A stretch of DNA of 36,780 nucleotides from Nemertoderma westbladi. Its lineage: Eukaryota > Animalia > Xenacoelomorpha. Below, piece after piece: positions 1-12,800 of this stretch. The notes beneath the pieces are model-generated. The model searched no databases. It was given only the letters and a program-made list of their open reading frames with translations, and was not told where the DNA came from. Positions within the stretch are counted from its first letter, which is position 1. Each line of letters starts with the position of its first letter. Location: contig JAUCBJ010006621.1 of assembly GCA_032718475.1 (NCBI GenBank), positions 1 through 36,780 of the forward strand, written 5' to 3'. Position numbers and translations under genes: made by a program.

Positions 1-870
1 ACTAGAACTGGAGATTATACATTTTGAAGATCTCCGATGACCGATAAGTCTATTCCGTGTAATCCTGCAAAGACCGCAGAGTCGCTTATTCGAGTCCTGT
101 CTTCATTCCGGAGACTTGAAGTTGTCTTATAAACTGATCAGTAGGTCCAATAATCATAAAAAAATACCTTCTCACATTAAAATTTTGTGCTCTTTCTCGT
201 GGAGACATCCAATTAGCACCACTGAGCACAGAAATTTGCAGAAATTGAATGCAATCCCCAAACTTCATCTCCTTTACCGATATTGCGATATATCGGAGCC
301 AGTATCTTCTATCCCAGATATCTCGAAAACTAGATATGGGGAAACGGTTTCCATATTTGGATTCAGCATGAAATTCTGCAACAGATAGGATATGTTTCAA
401 AAATTCGACTTTTTGCTCAGAAAATGCGCTACCCCCCCCCCCCCCCCCCCCCCCCCCCTTAACTTAACCACGCAACTTTTGAACGCTCATATCTCAGCTA
501 TTTTTCAACAAAATTCAAATTGTGTTACATAATTGGAATCCCTGCAGGGCCAGCTTTCCATTGGTACCAATAAACAGCTATAAGGTAGAGGAATAACTGC
601 GGTGTAACTGGTGTAATATCGCTGGAGACACTTTTTTTTAAACGCTTAAAGCTAACGATTGAAAGCAAAAATTAAAATTTACATTTAATAGACCAGTACG
701 TACCACTTTTAAATTAACAAAAATGGCCTTCAAATATCATTGATATTGATTTACGGATAATATTTAGACCTCTTGCGGGAGTCTGTTGAACTGACGTTTA
801 GCATATCAAAAGCTTACATCTGCAACTAAACTATTTGACATTACTGACACATTATCTAAATAACCGCCTG

Positions 871-1010
871 GTTTGTACCCTTTGTCTCGTTGTACCCTTT
901 GATGTTGTACACTTTAACACGTTTTGTTTGTACCTCTTGACGTCATGTTTTGTAACCTTTGACTCGTTTTGTTCACTTTGACTCGTGTTGTACTCATTGA
1001 CCTATGTACC
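871..1010. repeat. Degenerate ~20-bp tandem repeat (TTGTACCCTTTGACTCGT-like)
   Basis: About 7 diverged units are visible. Confidence 0.6.
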
Positions 1011-1018
1011 CATTATTG

Positions 1019-1292
1019 GGCCCTTGTGAAGAATACCAGACTTTCTGCCGTTATATTTCAATTTGCAGTTACCCCCATGTGAAGAATACCAGGTTTTCAC
1101 CAAAAACACAGGTTACAGAGGGGCTGAATCTAACCAAAACAATAAACGAATGAGTATATGTACAGGTTATAAGACAGAAATAAGCGCTATAAAACACTTC
1201 ATAAAGATAAATTTAAAAAATTAAAAATCTTCATATATAAAATTCCAATAAAAAGTCGACCGAAAAGTCGACTGGTATTCTTCACATGGGAG
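1019..1292. mobile_element. MITE family A, copy 1
   Basis: TIR CCC(T/A)TGTGAAGAATACCAG...CTGGTATTCTTCACATGGG; flanking 8-bp direct repeat CATTATTG (1011-1018 and 1293-1300); second copy at about 25930-26180. Confidence 0.8.
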
Positions 1293-1907
1293 CATTATTG
1301 ACCTAAAGCGCTTCGGGTCGCCTCCGGCCTCGGCCGACTGTTTGCTTGCTTTGACCCATTCCGCAAGTGACAGTTTGAAAAGACTTAGCCTTCTACATGG
1401 CTCGCCCCACATTAACATCCTCGGTTTAACTTTCTTACTAAAACTGTTGTTCATTGTGTTCATTACTAAACATTTTCATTGCCATTCCCAAGGGGCGGAT
1501 TCAGGAATTGAATTTCTATGGTGCGCACAATTTGTGAAGTTAGTTTAACTTTTGGTCTAAGGGCGCTGCCCCAGCGGTTTATCGGGGGGCAGAACCCCTG
1601 TTGCCCTGGTGGGAGTAAATGGGACGTACTCCCACCCCGGATTTTTATGAAAATTTTCTTGCAAAAATAATAAAATGTTTCAATCGATTATCTGACATTT
1701 TCTATTGATTATTGATGATTTTCGATAACTTAAAATATTTTTTCAAAATTTTAAAATATTTATTTTACTCATTGAACATTTAAAGGATTGGCAGTTAGTT
1801 ATTAATTCTAGGCGATGAAATAATCATAATTTCTTTAAATCATAGGCCTATATATTAAATAATAATTTTTATTTAATTAGTAACTAATTATTATACCGGT
1901 AACAAAT

Positions 1908-1990
1908 AAGCAGCTTGGTCTGGTGTTGACAAGGTGACATTCCTGGGCTCATTCAAGAAGCCCTGGTTCGATCCCTAGATGGGGGCGGCA
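1908..1990 (+). mobile_element. Possible tRNA-derived SINE head
   Basis: A-box-like TTGGTCTGGTG and B-box GGTTCGATCCC at Pol III spacing; no clean cloverleaf seen. Confidence 0.35.
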
Positions 1991-2107
1991 CTATTTGGGG
2001 ATCGGTTTCAGTACAACACCCACAATTGATAAAGTAATCGTTTATTATTTTGGTTAGAAAACCCCGCCTCTGTAACCTGCTCATGATGGTGTGTCACCTG
2101 CTCAGGT

Positions 2108-2338
2108 GACACAAAATTAAAGTTATACCAAATATTTCGGCCTGCAGGCCTTTATCAATTGATATATAGGTATTATTAAAATACGTAAAACACACCAACG
2201 TACCGACAGGAAGGAGTGGTGTCCTTCGTGACTCCTTCCTGTCGGTACGTTGGTGTGTTTTACGTGTTTTAATAATACCTATATCCATTGATAAAGGCCT
2301 GTAGGCCGAAATATTTGGTATAACTTTGATTTTGTGTC
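2108..2338. mobile_element. Near-perfect hairpin MITE (~110-bp arms, ~13-nt loop)
   Basis: GACACAAAATTAAAGTTATACC...AGGAAGGAGT is mirrored by ACTCCTTCCT...GGTATAACTTTGATTTTGTGTC. No TSD identified. Confidence 0.8.
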
Positions 2339-2699
2339 TGAAAAAGATCAAACTCCCCCAACAATATTATGATTACCCCGGTGACCTGGGCACGGTACTA
2401 CCTCATTAATTTCCTTCAATTGGTAAAGTGGTCGTCTATTGTTTTGGTAAGAAAAGCCTGCCTCAGTAACATGCTCCTTTCCCTCAAGTGGTATATATAT
2501 ATACTGTACCAGTACAGTACATCAGAAAATCAACGGGTTTTGGAACTTCAAATAATTACCAAGTGGGTGTACTGAAACCGATTTTACCCCTATATGGGCA
2601 CTGTGCTTTAAATGCTGCAGCCTAGCTCAACCCGGCTGGCTTTCATCCTTGGATGGTCGGTAAATGGGAACCAAGGCAACTTTGGGAAAAATAGTGAAA

Positions 2700-2985
2700 G
2701 GGTTTAATGTGGAAGATCACCCATGGTGGGGTGGTGAACATGCATTCCTTTAGAAACCGAGTGGAAAGGGTTTACTGTGGAAGATCACCCATGGTGGTGA
2801 ACAGGCATTCCTTTAGGAAACAGAGTGGAAGGGTTTACTGTGGAAGATCACACATGGTGGTGAACAGGTATTCCTTAAGAAACAGAGTGGTAGGGTTCAC
2901 TGTGGAAGATCACCCATGGTGGTGAAAATAAAAGGAATTCCTTTAGGAAACCGAGTGGAAGGGGTTTACTGTGGAAGATTACCCT
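2700..2985. repeat. Minisatellite, ~62-bp unit, ~4.5 copies
   Basis: Repeated GGTTTACTGTGGAAGATCACCCATGGTGGTGAACAGGCATTCCTTTAGGAAACAGAGTGGAAG. Confidence 0.9.
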
Positions 2986-4539
2986 TTCATCTCCGATAAT
3001 TATTACTAATTGCCTATTGGTGATAACAACAACCGTAAATTAAAAGGATTGGATTGGGCGTGGGCGCGCTTCATTTTATAATAATATAAAAATTAAAGTA
3101 ATAAACTTAAAATTTTAGAATATTGGAATATAACATTTGAATTAGAGGGCGGTCTGTATCGATTTACGTATTAAACTGCAGCTGTGCACTTTTATAGTTT
3201 CTGCAGCACGCTTCCATAATATATGAAATAACTGATTTTCACCACCATTTTGGTGTAAAGTCCCTTGTCCAATCATCTTGGAGCTATTGTGTTGTGTTTA
3301 GGTTCACAGTATGAATGCCAAGGTACTTGCTACCACCAATGTAGCGCCTTGGATAAGATATATGACCAGACATTTAGCCAATCTCTGGAGGGTTTGCAGC
3401 CGTAGCCTCCTTCGCTCCTGGCTGTATTATTGAAGTTTGGGCATTGAAGACACGGCAAACTTCAAAGAATTCCCTCCCAGTAGTACGTAGCTAGTAGTTC
3501 ACAAAGATAATTGGTTTGGCTTGCATAGACCCGCCCCACCTGATATAACAGCAATATACTTTACAAATAGCCCCATGGTTGATGCTTTACCATTACATAG
3601 GTTGTTAGTGGTCTTTCAGTTCAGGTAAAGCAAGGCCATGCATACTGTTCCTACAATGTATAGCCAGCCCGAGCCCATAAAGCCACAGGCCTACTGCTGA
3701 TCTATTACGCCAAGGTGGTACCCCCCCCTCCCGCCTACATGGAGCGCGCATTTGGGAAGGTTTACATCGATTTTATCTTGGGGATGATGGTATGGAGATG
3801 GAAGTTGTGAATGTGGATTCTACTTGGGGTTATCGAGTGATGACGGCCCTTGTATGTTTTATAGTAACTATCATATCAATAGTAAATCTAAAAAAATTTA
3901 TTTTTATAAATTTTACTCATTTTATTTTCTTTCTCAAAAAATATATGGTGTGCTGCGCCACGCGCCCCTATTGTGGATCCGCGCCTGCCATTCCCAGTTA
4001 TACAATAATAATATAATGTTTTATAATCCGCTCTATATATAACATGCATATAGATGCTATATGGGAACAAATAATAATACCAATTATAATTAATTAATTA
4101 ATTAAACAACACAGTTAAGCAACTGTAACTGATATGCTATTGTAATTGGATAGATAGAAGGTGCCTGGCCCCTGGGCCTGGGCATTGGGCAACCTGGGCA
4201 TGTAGCAAAATGTAGTGGAGGAAGTTGGCGATGCTAGGTCGATGAACCCAAACAACATTTTTGTCCCATCACCTACCGGCTACTGCTCCCAATCAGACAG
4301 CGGCTGTGCTTTGAATTGAACCTTATCATGGCATGGAAGAACCAATGATCAATAGAGTTCCCTTTTGCTATCTGAATCCGCCGACATGATTGGTCAATAT
4401 TTGGGAGTGGGCAGGCAAGCCTACAAGTGAGCCTTTGAATCTCCTCCTCTCTGCGTGACATGGCGATTATAGGAATAATGCAGTAATGGTGAGCTGATCA
4501 ATACACAATATTCAGTTATTATTATTGTTATTGTTGCTG

Positions 4540-5400
4540 TTTCGATATCGCGTCACTTACCGGACAGCAACCGGTTCATCCAGGTTCACCGGTTCTACCC
4601 ACCGAGGATGCTTACTAGCTGACTAGTAAGTTTAAGTACTGAAGTAAGGAAGTAAGTAGTAAGGCGCTTTTTAATCAGTCTGTCAGACAATAAGTCCACC
4701 GGCTGACTCTGACAGGTAGGCCTAGCCTACTGAGTAGGCCTAGTGGATATATACTAGATAGGCCTGTAGGCCTTCTCAGCTTCTGAAGAAAACACAGCAT
4801 CAGCATCACTGCCACTGGCAACTGGCACGGCTGCAGAGACAACGCCGGACGGAACACATTTTTGCTCCTCTTCTCGCATCCTCTCTGCTGCCCTGCCTCT
4901 ATACTCCTTCATAAATGGTGCCGGTCAGCCGGTAGCTTACTTTGGGCTGATTGGTGAAGGTATCGGTAGTCAGGTAGTTATAATTTACAGATTTATAAAT
5001 AAATTGTTCCCTTGTACCCCCGCGCCCCGCCCTCCCGGTGCCCGGTGCCCGGTGCCCGGTACCGTTTAGTTGTAGATATTCCCTTTCGTAGGTATCACAG
5101 TATTGCAGTGACAGTGTTCACTCGCACTGGTAGAGGCCTATTGGGTCGGCTCTGTGTATGGTGCACGCACGGCCACGGCCTGTTTTCTGGTTTTGCAATT
5201 TTGCATAGATCATTGCATATATGCCTGCCTACCGGTAGTAGCTAGATAGCCAGACAGAATCCAGAATCTGAGACATCGCGAGACGCCTTTAAAATTGCAT
5301 TGGCGCGGCGCCTGAGCGCGCTTCAAAATTGCTTCAGCACTCGGCGCGGTTAATTCATCGGCGCGCTATCCGGCGCACTTTTTGGATGATTCCATTCCGA
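4540..5400. promoter_or_regulatory. Candidate PHKG promoter / 5' UTR exon region
   Basis: Locally CpG-richer, with an ETS/CRE-like GCGTCACTTACCGGA at ~4550, GTAAGT donor-like sites at ~4626 and ~4652, and an acceptor-like TTTTATATTCAG ending 6 nt before the ATG. Inference only. Confidence 0.25.
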
Positions 5401-6574
5401 TTCCATACAGGCATGGAGCCAATTATGACGATTAGAAGGATAATTGTAGAGTTACCGGTATCGAAAAAGATAGATGTCTGGCAGTTGGATGGCTTAACTT
5501 CAACAGTTCAAGTTCAAGGCCTTTGTTATTGATTATCGATTCAGCCTCTAGACCACGTACTGACGTATACCTCCATACCGGCACCGGTAGCTATTTCAGT
5601 ACCTATTCACATAGAAAGATAGTACCGGTAGTCCTACAGAAGTACACCCATTGTCTCATTGCTTTTTTCCAGTAGCTCGGTATAACAAATGGCTGGCCTA
5701 CTCCAGTGCTCTACTTAGCAGCGGTAGCCTGCCGTTACAGGACACAGTACTGCAGTAATACACCTACCTAGCAGCCTAGGGCCTCTCTAAGGGTTGCGTT
5801 GCATGCCGTGGTTGTGGTACAAGCAGACAATGGAGAAGGCCAGAAGGCACCCACCCTATATCTGTATAGGACTCAGACTTAGGACTGCTACTGCTAAGAC
5901 TGCAAGAGGAGCAATGTATATCTTTCTGTCCTTTCCATTCCTTAACAATTGTTACCCTCCCGGTTGTTGGGAGTCGTTGACCTGTGTGCTGTGTGGTTGC
6001 TACATTGTGAGGGTTGACATATCTGCATATTACAAGTACAACACAATCGTAAGTCGTATATATTAAAGTACCGGTAATTAAAACTATTAATTTATGATAT
6101 CCATATGCCGGTAGGCCTATTCTTGGCTATGGCTCGTTCTTTGTTTCTATAGTTGGGAGGTTTTTGGATGGGCAGTTTTGGCACGTCGCGGTTACTTTCA
6201 CCTACTTGATTGCTGATCGATGATACTTTTAATATGTCGGTAATCCAGTGCTATAGGCAGATATACAGAGATAGGCCTCTCTCTATAAGGCAAGCTATAG
6301 TACAGTATAGTAATGTCTGCCCAGGCAGCCTTAGCCAGGTATATTACTACCACAGTACCGGTAACTATATAGGCCTACATTAATCGATTCTAATTAATTA
6401 AACATAAATTAATATTTAATTTCGTACGAATTTTAATGAATTTTATATCAATTGCAATGGATATACTCAATAACTGGAACTATTTATAGTTACTGAGCTA
6501 CGTTTCTGAACTAACAGGCCAGTTGGGGCCCACCACTGCAGCACTGCACCATGGCGTTTTATATTCAGTAAAAC

Positions 6575-6802
6575 ATGACAGTAACCGATTCCGTGAATGT
6601 GTCGGAGAAAGGGAAGGCGGACATCGAAAGCGGTTCGTTTTACTCCAAGTACGAACCGCGGGAAGTGCTTGGTCGAGGGCTAGTCAGTGTCGTACGGAAG
6701 TGTGTGGAGAAGAAAACGGGGTTGGAGTACGCCGTTAAAATAATCGATATATCCGGGAACTCCGACGAAGTCCAGCAGGTTAAAGAGGATACCCAAAGAG
6801 AG
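6575..6802 (+). CDS. PHKG: PHKG coding exon 1 (MTVTD...KEDTQRE)
   Basis: AAAC-ATG start, Gly-rich loop and VKII lysine; donor GAG|GTGAGT at 6803, phase 0. Confidence 0.92.
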
Positions 6803-9800
6803 GTGAGTCAGAGTCATAAGGGATATCCTTCATATAGGCCTACTATATAATATACCGGTACCCTACTACAGAAAGCAGTAAGATTAAAAAAAATGCTCAT
6901 AGGCAATTAGTTTATTGTTTTTATTAAAAACACTGTCGCTGTAACCTGTTCCTTTCCCCTTTTTAAACTGTCGAGAATTTAACCTCCCAAAGTTATACAT
7001 GTTCCATTCCAATGTGAGGCAAGCCAAGAAATAATTGAGCCTAAGCCTTAGCGGACCTTATTGAACCTTCTACTGTCGTATTCATAACCAAACTTAGTGC
7101 TTTGGTTAGTCCATTGTTTCATAACAAACAACCTATTGTTTTATATTATTCTAGGTTGAGGCTTTAGCTCTGGTCGCCGGGCATCCCAATATTATAGAGA
7201 TGCACGACTATTTTGAGACGACAACCTTTATCTTTATGGTTCTGGAATTGTGTCGCTGTGGAGAACTCTTCGACTATATGACCGAGGTTGTTACTCTATC
7301 GGAACGTAAAACAAGGTAACTAACTGCCTCACTAACTTACTCAATAATTATTACTTTATTACATTTATTCACGATGTTGTTACTTTATATTTGTTATTTG
7401 TTTTTATGTATCAGGATTGTTATGCGGAAACTAATGGAAGTCGTTAGTTTTCTCCACCATCGGAATATCGTACATCGAGATCTCAAACCGGAGAATATTC
7501 TACTCCTAAATGACGACCTTCATATTAAGGTAACGAACCGTCTTATTGTAGGATTTCGGACTTTATATTACGATAATGTTTCTGCAGCTGTCCGACTTTA
7601 TATTACGATAATGTTTCTGCAGCTGTCCGACTTTATATTACGATAATGTATCTACAGGTGTCCTACTTTATATTACACTAATGTTTCTACAGGTGTCCGA
7701 CTTTATATTACGATAATGTTTCTACAGGTGTCCTACTTTATATTGCGATAATGTTACTCTGCAGGTGTCCTACTTTATATTACGATAATGTTTCCACAGG
7801 TGTCGGACTTTATTTTACGATAATGTTTCTACAGGTGTCCGACTTTATATTACGATAATGTTTCTACAGGTGTACAATATTATTAATTATTATTATTATT
7901 ATTAAGTAAAATAGGAATTCCACGAACTCGTCGCCCGTGACGGGACGGAAATAATGTAAAATTCCGTTCCGTCACGAACATGTTATTCAGGGTTCAGTCC
8001 AAAACTACTTAACCATTGTGGCTCTAACTTCCTGAATATATACTACATGTTGTCTCAGAACTTTGTAGAGTTTCATAGAAATGTAGCATTACTAATAGTC
8101 AACCAAATAGTCACGGGACGACAATGGACAAATTAATATAGTGTACTGCCAATCTCATCTTTAGAGTGGAATTAAAAAAAATCGGTGCCAGTACTCGATT
8201 AATCACTATTGAATCCATAAAATACAATAATGGGCTGGTACCATAATAAACTCGGATATTTATTAGCTATTAAAAAAAATTGACCCCGGTGTTGACGAAT
8301 TTAGGGTCATTGCCTACAGGTGTCGGACTTTATATTACGATAATGTTTCTACTACAGGTGTCAGACTTTATATTACGATAATGTTTCTACTACAGGTGTC
8401 AGACTTTATATTACGATAATGTATCTACAGGTGTCCTACTTTATATTACACTAATGTTTCTACAGGTGTCTGACTTTATATTACGATAATGTTTCTACAG
8501 GTGTCTGACTTTATATTACGATAATGTATCTACAGGTGTCCTACTTTATATTACACTAATGTTTCTACAGGTGTCTGACTTTATATTACGATAATGTTTC
8601 AACAGGTGTCCAACTTTATATTACGATAATGTTTCTACAGGTGTCCGACTTTATATTACGATAATGTTTCTGCATGTGTCCGACTTTATATTACGATAAT
8701 GTTTCTACATGTGTCCGACTTTATATTACGATAATATTTCTACAGGTGTCCGACTTTATATTACGATAATGTTTCTACAGGTGTCCGACTTTATATTACG
8801 ATAATGTTACTCTGCAGGTGTCCGACTTTATATTACGATAATGTTTCTACAGGTGTCCGACTTTATATTACGATAATGTTTCTACAGGTGTCCGACTTTA
8901 TATTACGATAATGTTTCTACAGGTGTCCGACTTTATATTACGATAATGTTACTCTGCAGGTGTCCGACTTTATATTACGATAATGTTTCTACAGGTGTCC
9001 GACTTTATATTACGATAATGTTTCTACAGGTGTCCGACTTTATATTACGATAATGTTTCTACAGGTGTCCGACTTTATATTACGATAATGTTACTCTGCA
9101 GGTGTCCGACTTTATATTACGATAATGTTTCTACAGGTGTCCGACTTTATATTACGATAATGTTTCTACAGGTGTCCGACTTTATATTACGATAATGTTT
9201 CTACAGGTGTCCTACTTTATATTGCGATAATGTTACTCTGCAGGTGTCCTACTTTATATTACGATAATGTTTCCACAGGTGTCGGACTTTATTTTACGAT
9301 AATGTTTCTACAGGTGTCCGACTTTATATTACGATAATGTTTCTACAGGTGTCCTACTTTATATTACGATAATGTTTCTACAGGTGTCCTACTTTATATT
9401 ACGATAATGTTTCCACAGGTGTCGGACTTTATATTACGATAATGTTTCCACAGGTGTCGGACTTTGGTTTCGCGTACCTGCTGGAGGACGGGGAGCTGCT
9501 TACCGAACTGGCAGGGACTCCGGGTTATCTCGCCCCGGAGGTTATCCGCACCAGTATGGCGTTAGGCGACGTGGATGGGTACGGTATGCAGGTGGACCTG
9601 TGGGCCCTCGGGGTCATCATGTTTACCCTGCTGGTCGGATACCCGCCGTTCTGGCATCGACGTCAGGTCGTTATGCTACGGATGATAACAGAGGGAAAGT
9701 ATTCCATGGCGACTCAGGAATGGCTGGAGGTGTCGGACTGCGCTAAGGATGTTGTGCAGAGGTCTGTGCCGAAGCTTACATCGCGTATTTATCTCTAAAA

Positions 9801-12800
9801 CTTAGTCGATCTTGTCATTAATTGATGTAAATAAAGACGATGAACTTGTTTTTGCTCTCACATAAATTAATACTGTTTACCAACTGTAATTATTAGCAAC
9901 CCATTCCGTTTATAATTTGGTATAAAATACTCTGTCTTTCATCTTAGATTGCTTCAAGTGGACCCGACTGTGCGACTCACTGCTAAACAGGCCCTGCAGC
10001 ACCCATTCTTTGCCTCTTACGACAGGGATGAATACAGGTGAGTAGTGTTGGTCTGCGTGTATTTAAAGTAGGTTGGGAGTGTTTAAATTTTATACGTGGG
10101 TCGTGCTGTCTGTTTACCAACACTACCAGGTCCACCCAACACTGTCAGCTGCCACCGAACACTGCCAGCTGCCACCCAACAGTGCCAGCTGCCACCCAAC
10201 ACTGCCAGCTGCCACCCAACACTGCCAGCTGCCACCCAACAGTGCCAGCTGCCACCCAACACTACCAGCTGCCACCCAACACTGCCAGCTGCCACCCAAC
10301 AGTGCCAGCTGCCACCCAACACTGCCAGCTGCCACCCAACAGTGCCAGCTGCCACCCAACAGTGCCAGCTGCCACCCAACAGTGCCAGCTGCCACCCAAC
10401 AGTGCCAGCTGCCACCCAACAGTGCCAGCTGCCACCCAACACTGCCAGCTGCCACCCAACACTACCAGCTGCCACCCAACACTACCAGCTGCCACCCAAC
10501 ACTGTCAGCTGCCACCCAACAGTGCCAGCTGCCACCCAACAGTGCCAGCTGCCACCCAACAGTGCCAGCTGCCACCCAACAGTGCCAGCTGCCACCCAAC
10601 ACTGCCAGCTGCCACCCAACACTACCAGCTGCCACCCAACACTGCCAGCTGCCACCCAACACTGCCAGCTGCCACCCAACAGTGCCAGCTGCCACCCAAC
10701 AGTGCCAGCTGCCACCCAACACTACCAGCTGCCACCCAACACTACCAGCTGCCACCCAACAGTGCCAGCTGCCACCCAACACTGCCAGCTGCCACCCAAC
10801 ACTACCAACTGCCACCCAACACTACCAGCTGCCACCCAACACGGCCAGCTGCCACCCAACAGTGCCAGCTGCCACCCAACACTACCAGCTGCCACCCAAC
10901 AGTGCCAGCTGCCACCCAACACTGCCAGCTGCCACCCAACACTACCAACTGCCACCCAACACTACCTTTTTAGCAACACTACCAGCTTCCACCCAACACT
11001 ACCAGCTGCCACCCAACACTGCCAGCTGCCACCCAACAGTGCCAGCTGCCACCCAACACTGCCAGCTGCCACCCAACACTACCAACTGCCACCCAACACT
11101 ACCTTTTTAGCAACACTACCAGCTGCCACCCAACACTACCAGCTGCCACCCAACACTGCCAGCTGCCACCCAACAGTGCCAGCTGCCACCCAACACTGCC
11201 AGCTGCCACCCAACACTGCCAGCTGCCACCCAACACTACCTTTTTAGCAACACTACCAGCTGCCACCCAACACTACCAGCTGCCACCCAACACTACCAGC
11301 TGCTACCCAACACTACCAGCTGCCACCCAACACTACCACCAACTGCCACCCAACACTACCAGCTGCCACCCAACACTACCAGCTGCCACCCAACACTACC
11401 AGCTGCCACCCAACACTACCAGCTGCCACCCAACACTGCCAGCTGCCACCCAACAGTGCCAGCTGCCACCCAACGCTGCCAGCTGCCACCCAACACTACC
11501 AACTGCCACCCAACACTACCTTTTTAGCAACACTACCAGCTGCCACCCAACACTACCAGCTGCCACCCAACACTACCAGCTGCTACCCAACACTACCAGC
11601 TGTCACCCAACACTACCAACTGCCACCCAACACTACCAGCTGCCACCCAACACTACCAGCTGCCACCCAACACTACCAGCTGCCACCCAACACTGTCAGC
11701 TGCCACCCAACAGTGCCAGCTGCCACCCAACAATGCCAACTGCCACCCAACACTTCCAGCTGCCAACCAACACCGCCAGCTGCCACCTAACACTGCCAAC
11801 TGCCACCCAACACTACCAGCTGCCACCCAACACTACCAACTGCCCCCAGACCCAACACTACCAGCTGCCACCCAACACTACCAGCTGCCACCCAACACTG
11901 CCTGTTTGTTTACCAACATTGCCGTGCCACCTAACCCGACAAGCCAGATTGCCAAAACGGAACGTTTTCACCCTATAAGATCACATTGCCCTCTGTTATG
12001 TTACGACATTCCCATTTTTCCTCCTTTTCAGGGAGCAATGTGTTAAATGTGAGAAATTCAACGGGCGTCGCAAGTTTCGAGGTGCTATGATTCTGGTTCG
12101 ATTCGCGGCTCGACTTTATTTGAGGGCGAATCGTCCGGTCACTAAAGAGGTGCTAAAATCTGACCCATACTCTGTGAAACAGGTGAGTACTCTGTGAAAC
12201 AAGTGAGTACTCTGTGAAACAGGTGAGTACTCTGTGAAACAGGTGAGTACTCTGTGAAACAGGTGAGTACTCTGTGAAACAGGTGAGTACTCTGTGAAAC
12301 AGGTGAGTACTCTGTGAAACAGGTGAGTACTCTGTGAAACAGGTGAGTACTCTGTGAAACAGGTGAGTACTCTGTGAAACAGGTGAGTACTAGGGTAGAT
12401 CGAAAAAAAAATATTTTGGAAATCTAACTTTTCCCTATGTTAGAAATGTGTGAAATTGCCTAAAACCACAACAAAACATCACTATCCCAATTTTTGACAA
12501 TACATGACCCCCGCACAATTAGTTCAAACAAACAACATTTTTTACAAAACTATGTAAAATTAATTCATTTAGAAAGAAATTTTTTTTTTAAATATGACTT
12601 TTCCCAGTGCTAGAAGTGTCTGAAATGGCCTAAAACCACAAAAAAACACAACTTTTCAAATTTTTGACAATGCAAGACCCCTGCACGCGCAAATAGTGCA
12701 AACAAACATCATTTTTGCTAAACTACAGTACAAAACTATGTAATTATTAACTGTTAGACTGTGGGTAGCAGTTCCTTATTTACCAACCCAAATCCACAAT

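Larger units (their letters stand above)
1490..3987. mobile_element. Non-autonomous hAT-like element carrying nested insertions
   Basis: Imperfect TIRs AAGGGGCGGATTCA ... TGGATCCGCGCCTG; exact 8-bp flanking duplication CCATTCCC at 1482-1489 and 3988-3995. Confidence 0.7.

Noticed and set aside
1-575. ORFs 86..400 and 116..388 and a poly-C run followed by TTAA
   Set aside because: Probably TE-derived sequence cut by the window edge; there is no recognisable protein motif or partner terminus.
1908-1990. Functional tRNA gene
   Set aside because: It has a B-box, but I could not fold a convincing acceptor stem or cloverleaf.
4273-4461. 62-aa minus-strand ORF with GCC-ATG and a possible GTAGGT donor (divergent gene exon?)
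   Set aside because: No recognisable domain, and I found no in-frame downstream exon; expression data would be needed.
7555-9465. CRISPR-like array (35-bp period)
   Set aside because: Units are head-to-tail with no unique spacers, there are no cas genes, and the context is a spliceosomal intron.
10038-11978. Long ORFs on both strands ([14 protein letters not shown] repeats)
   Set aside because: They arise from a stop-poor 20-bp minisatellite inside PHKG intron 5 and are open in all frames.
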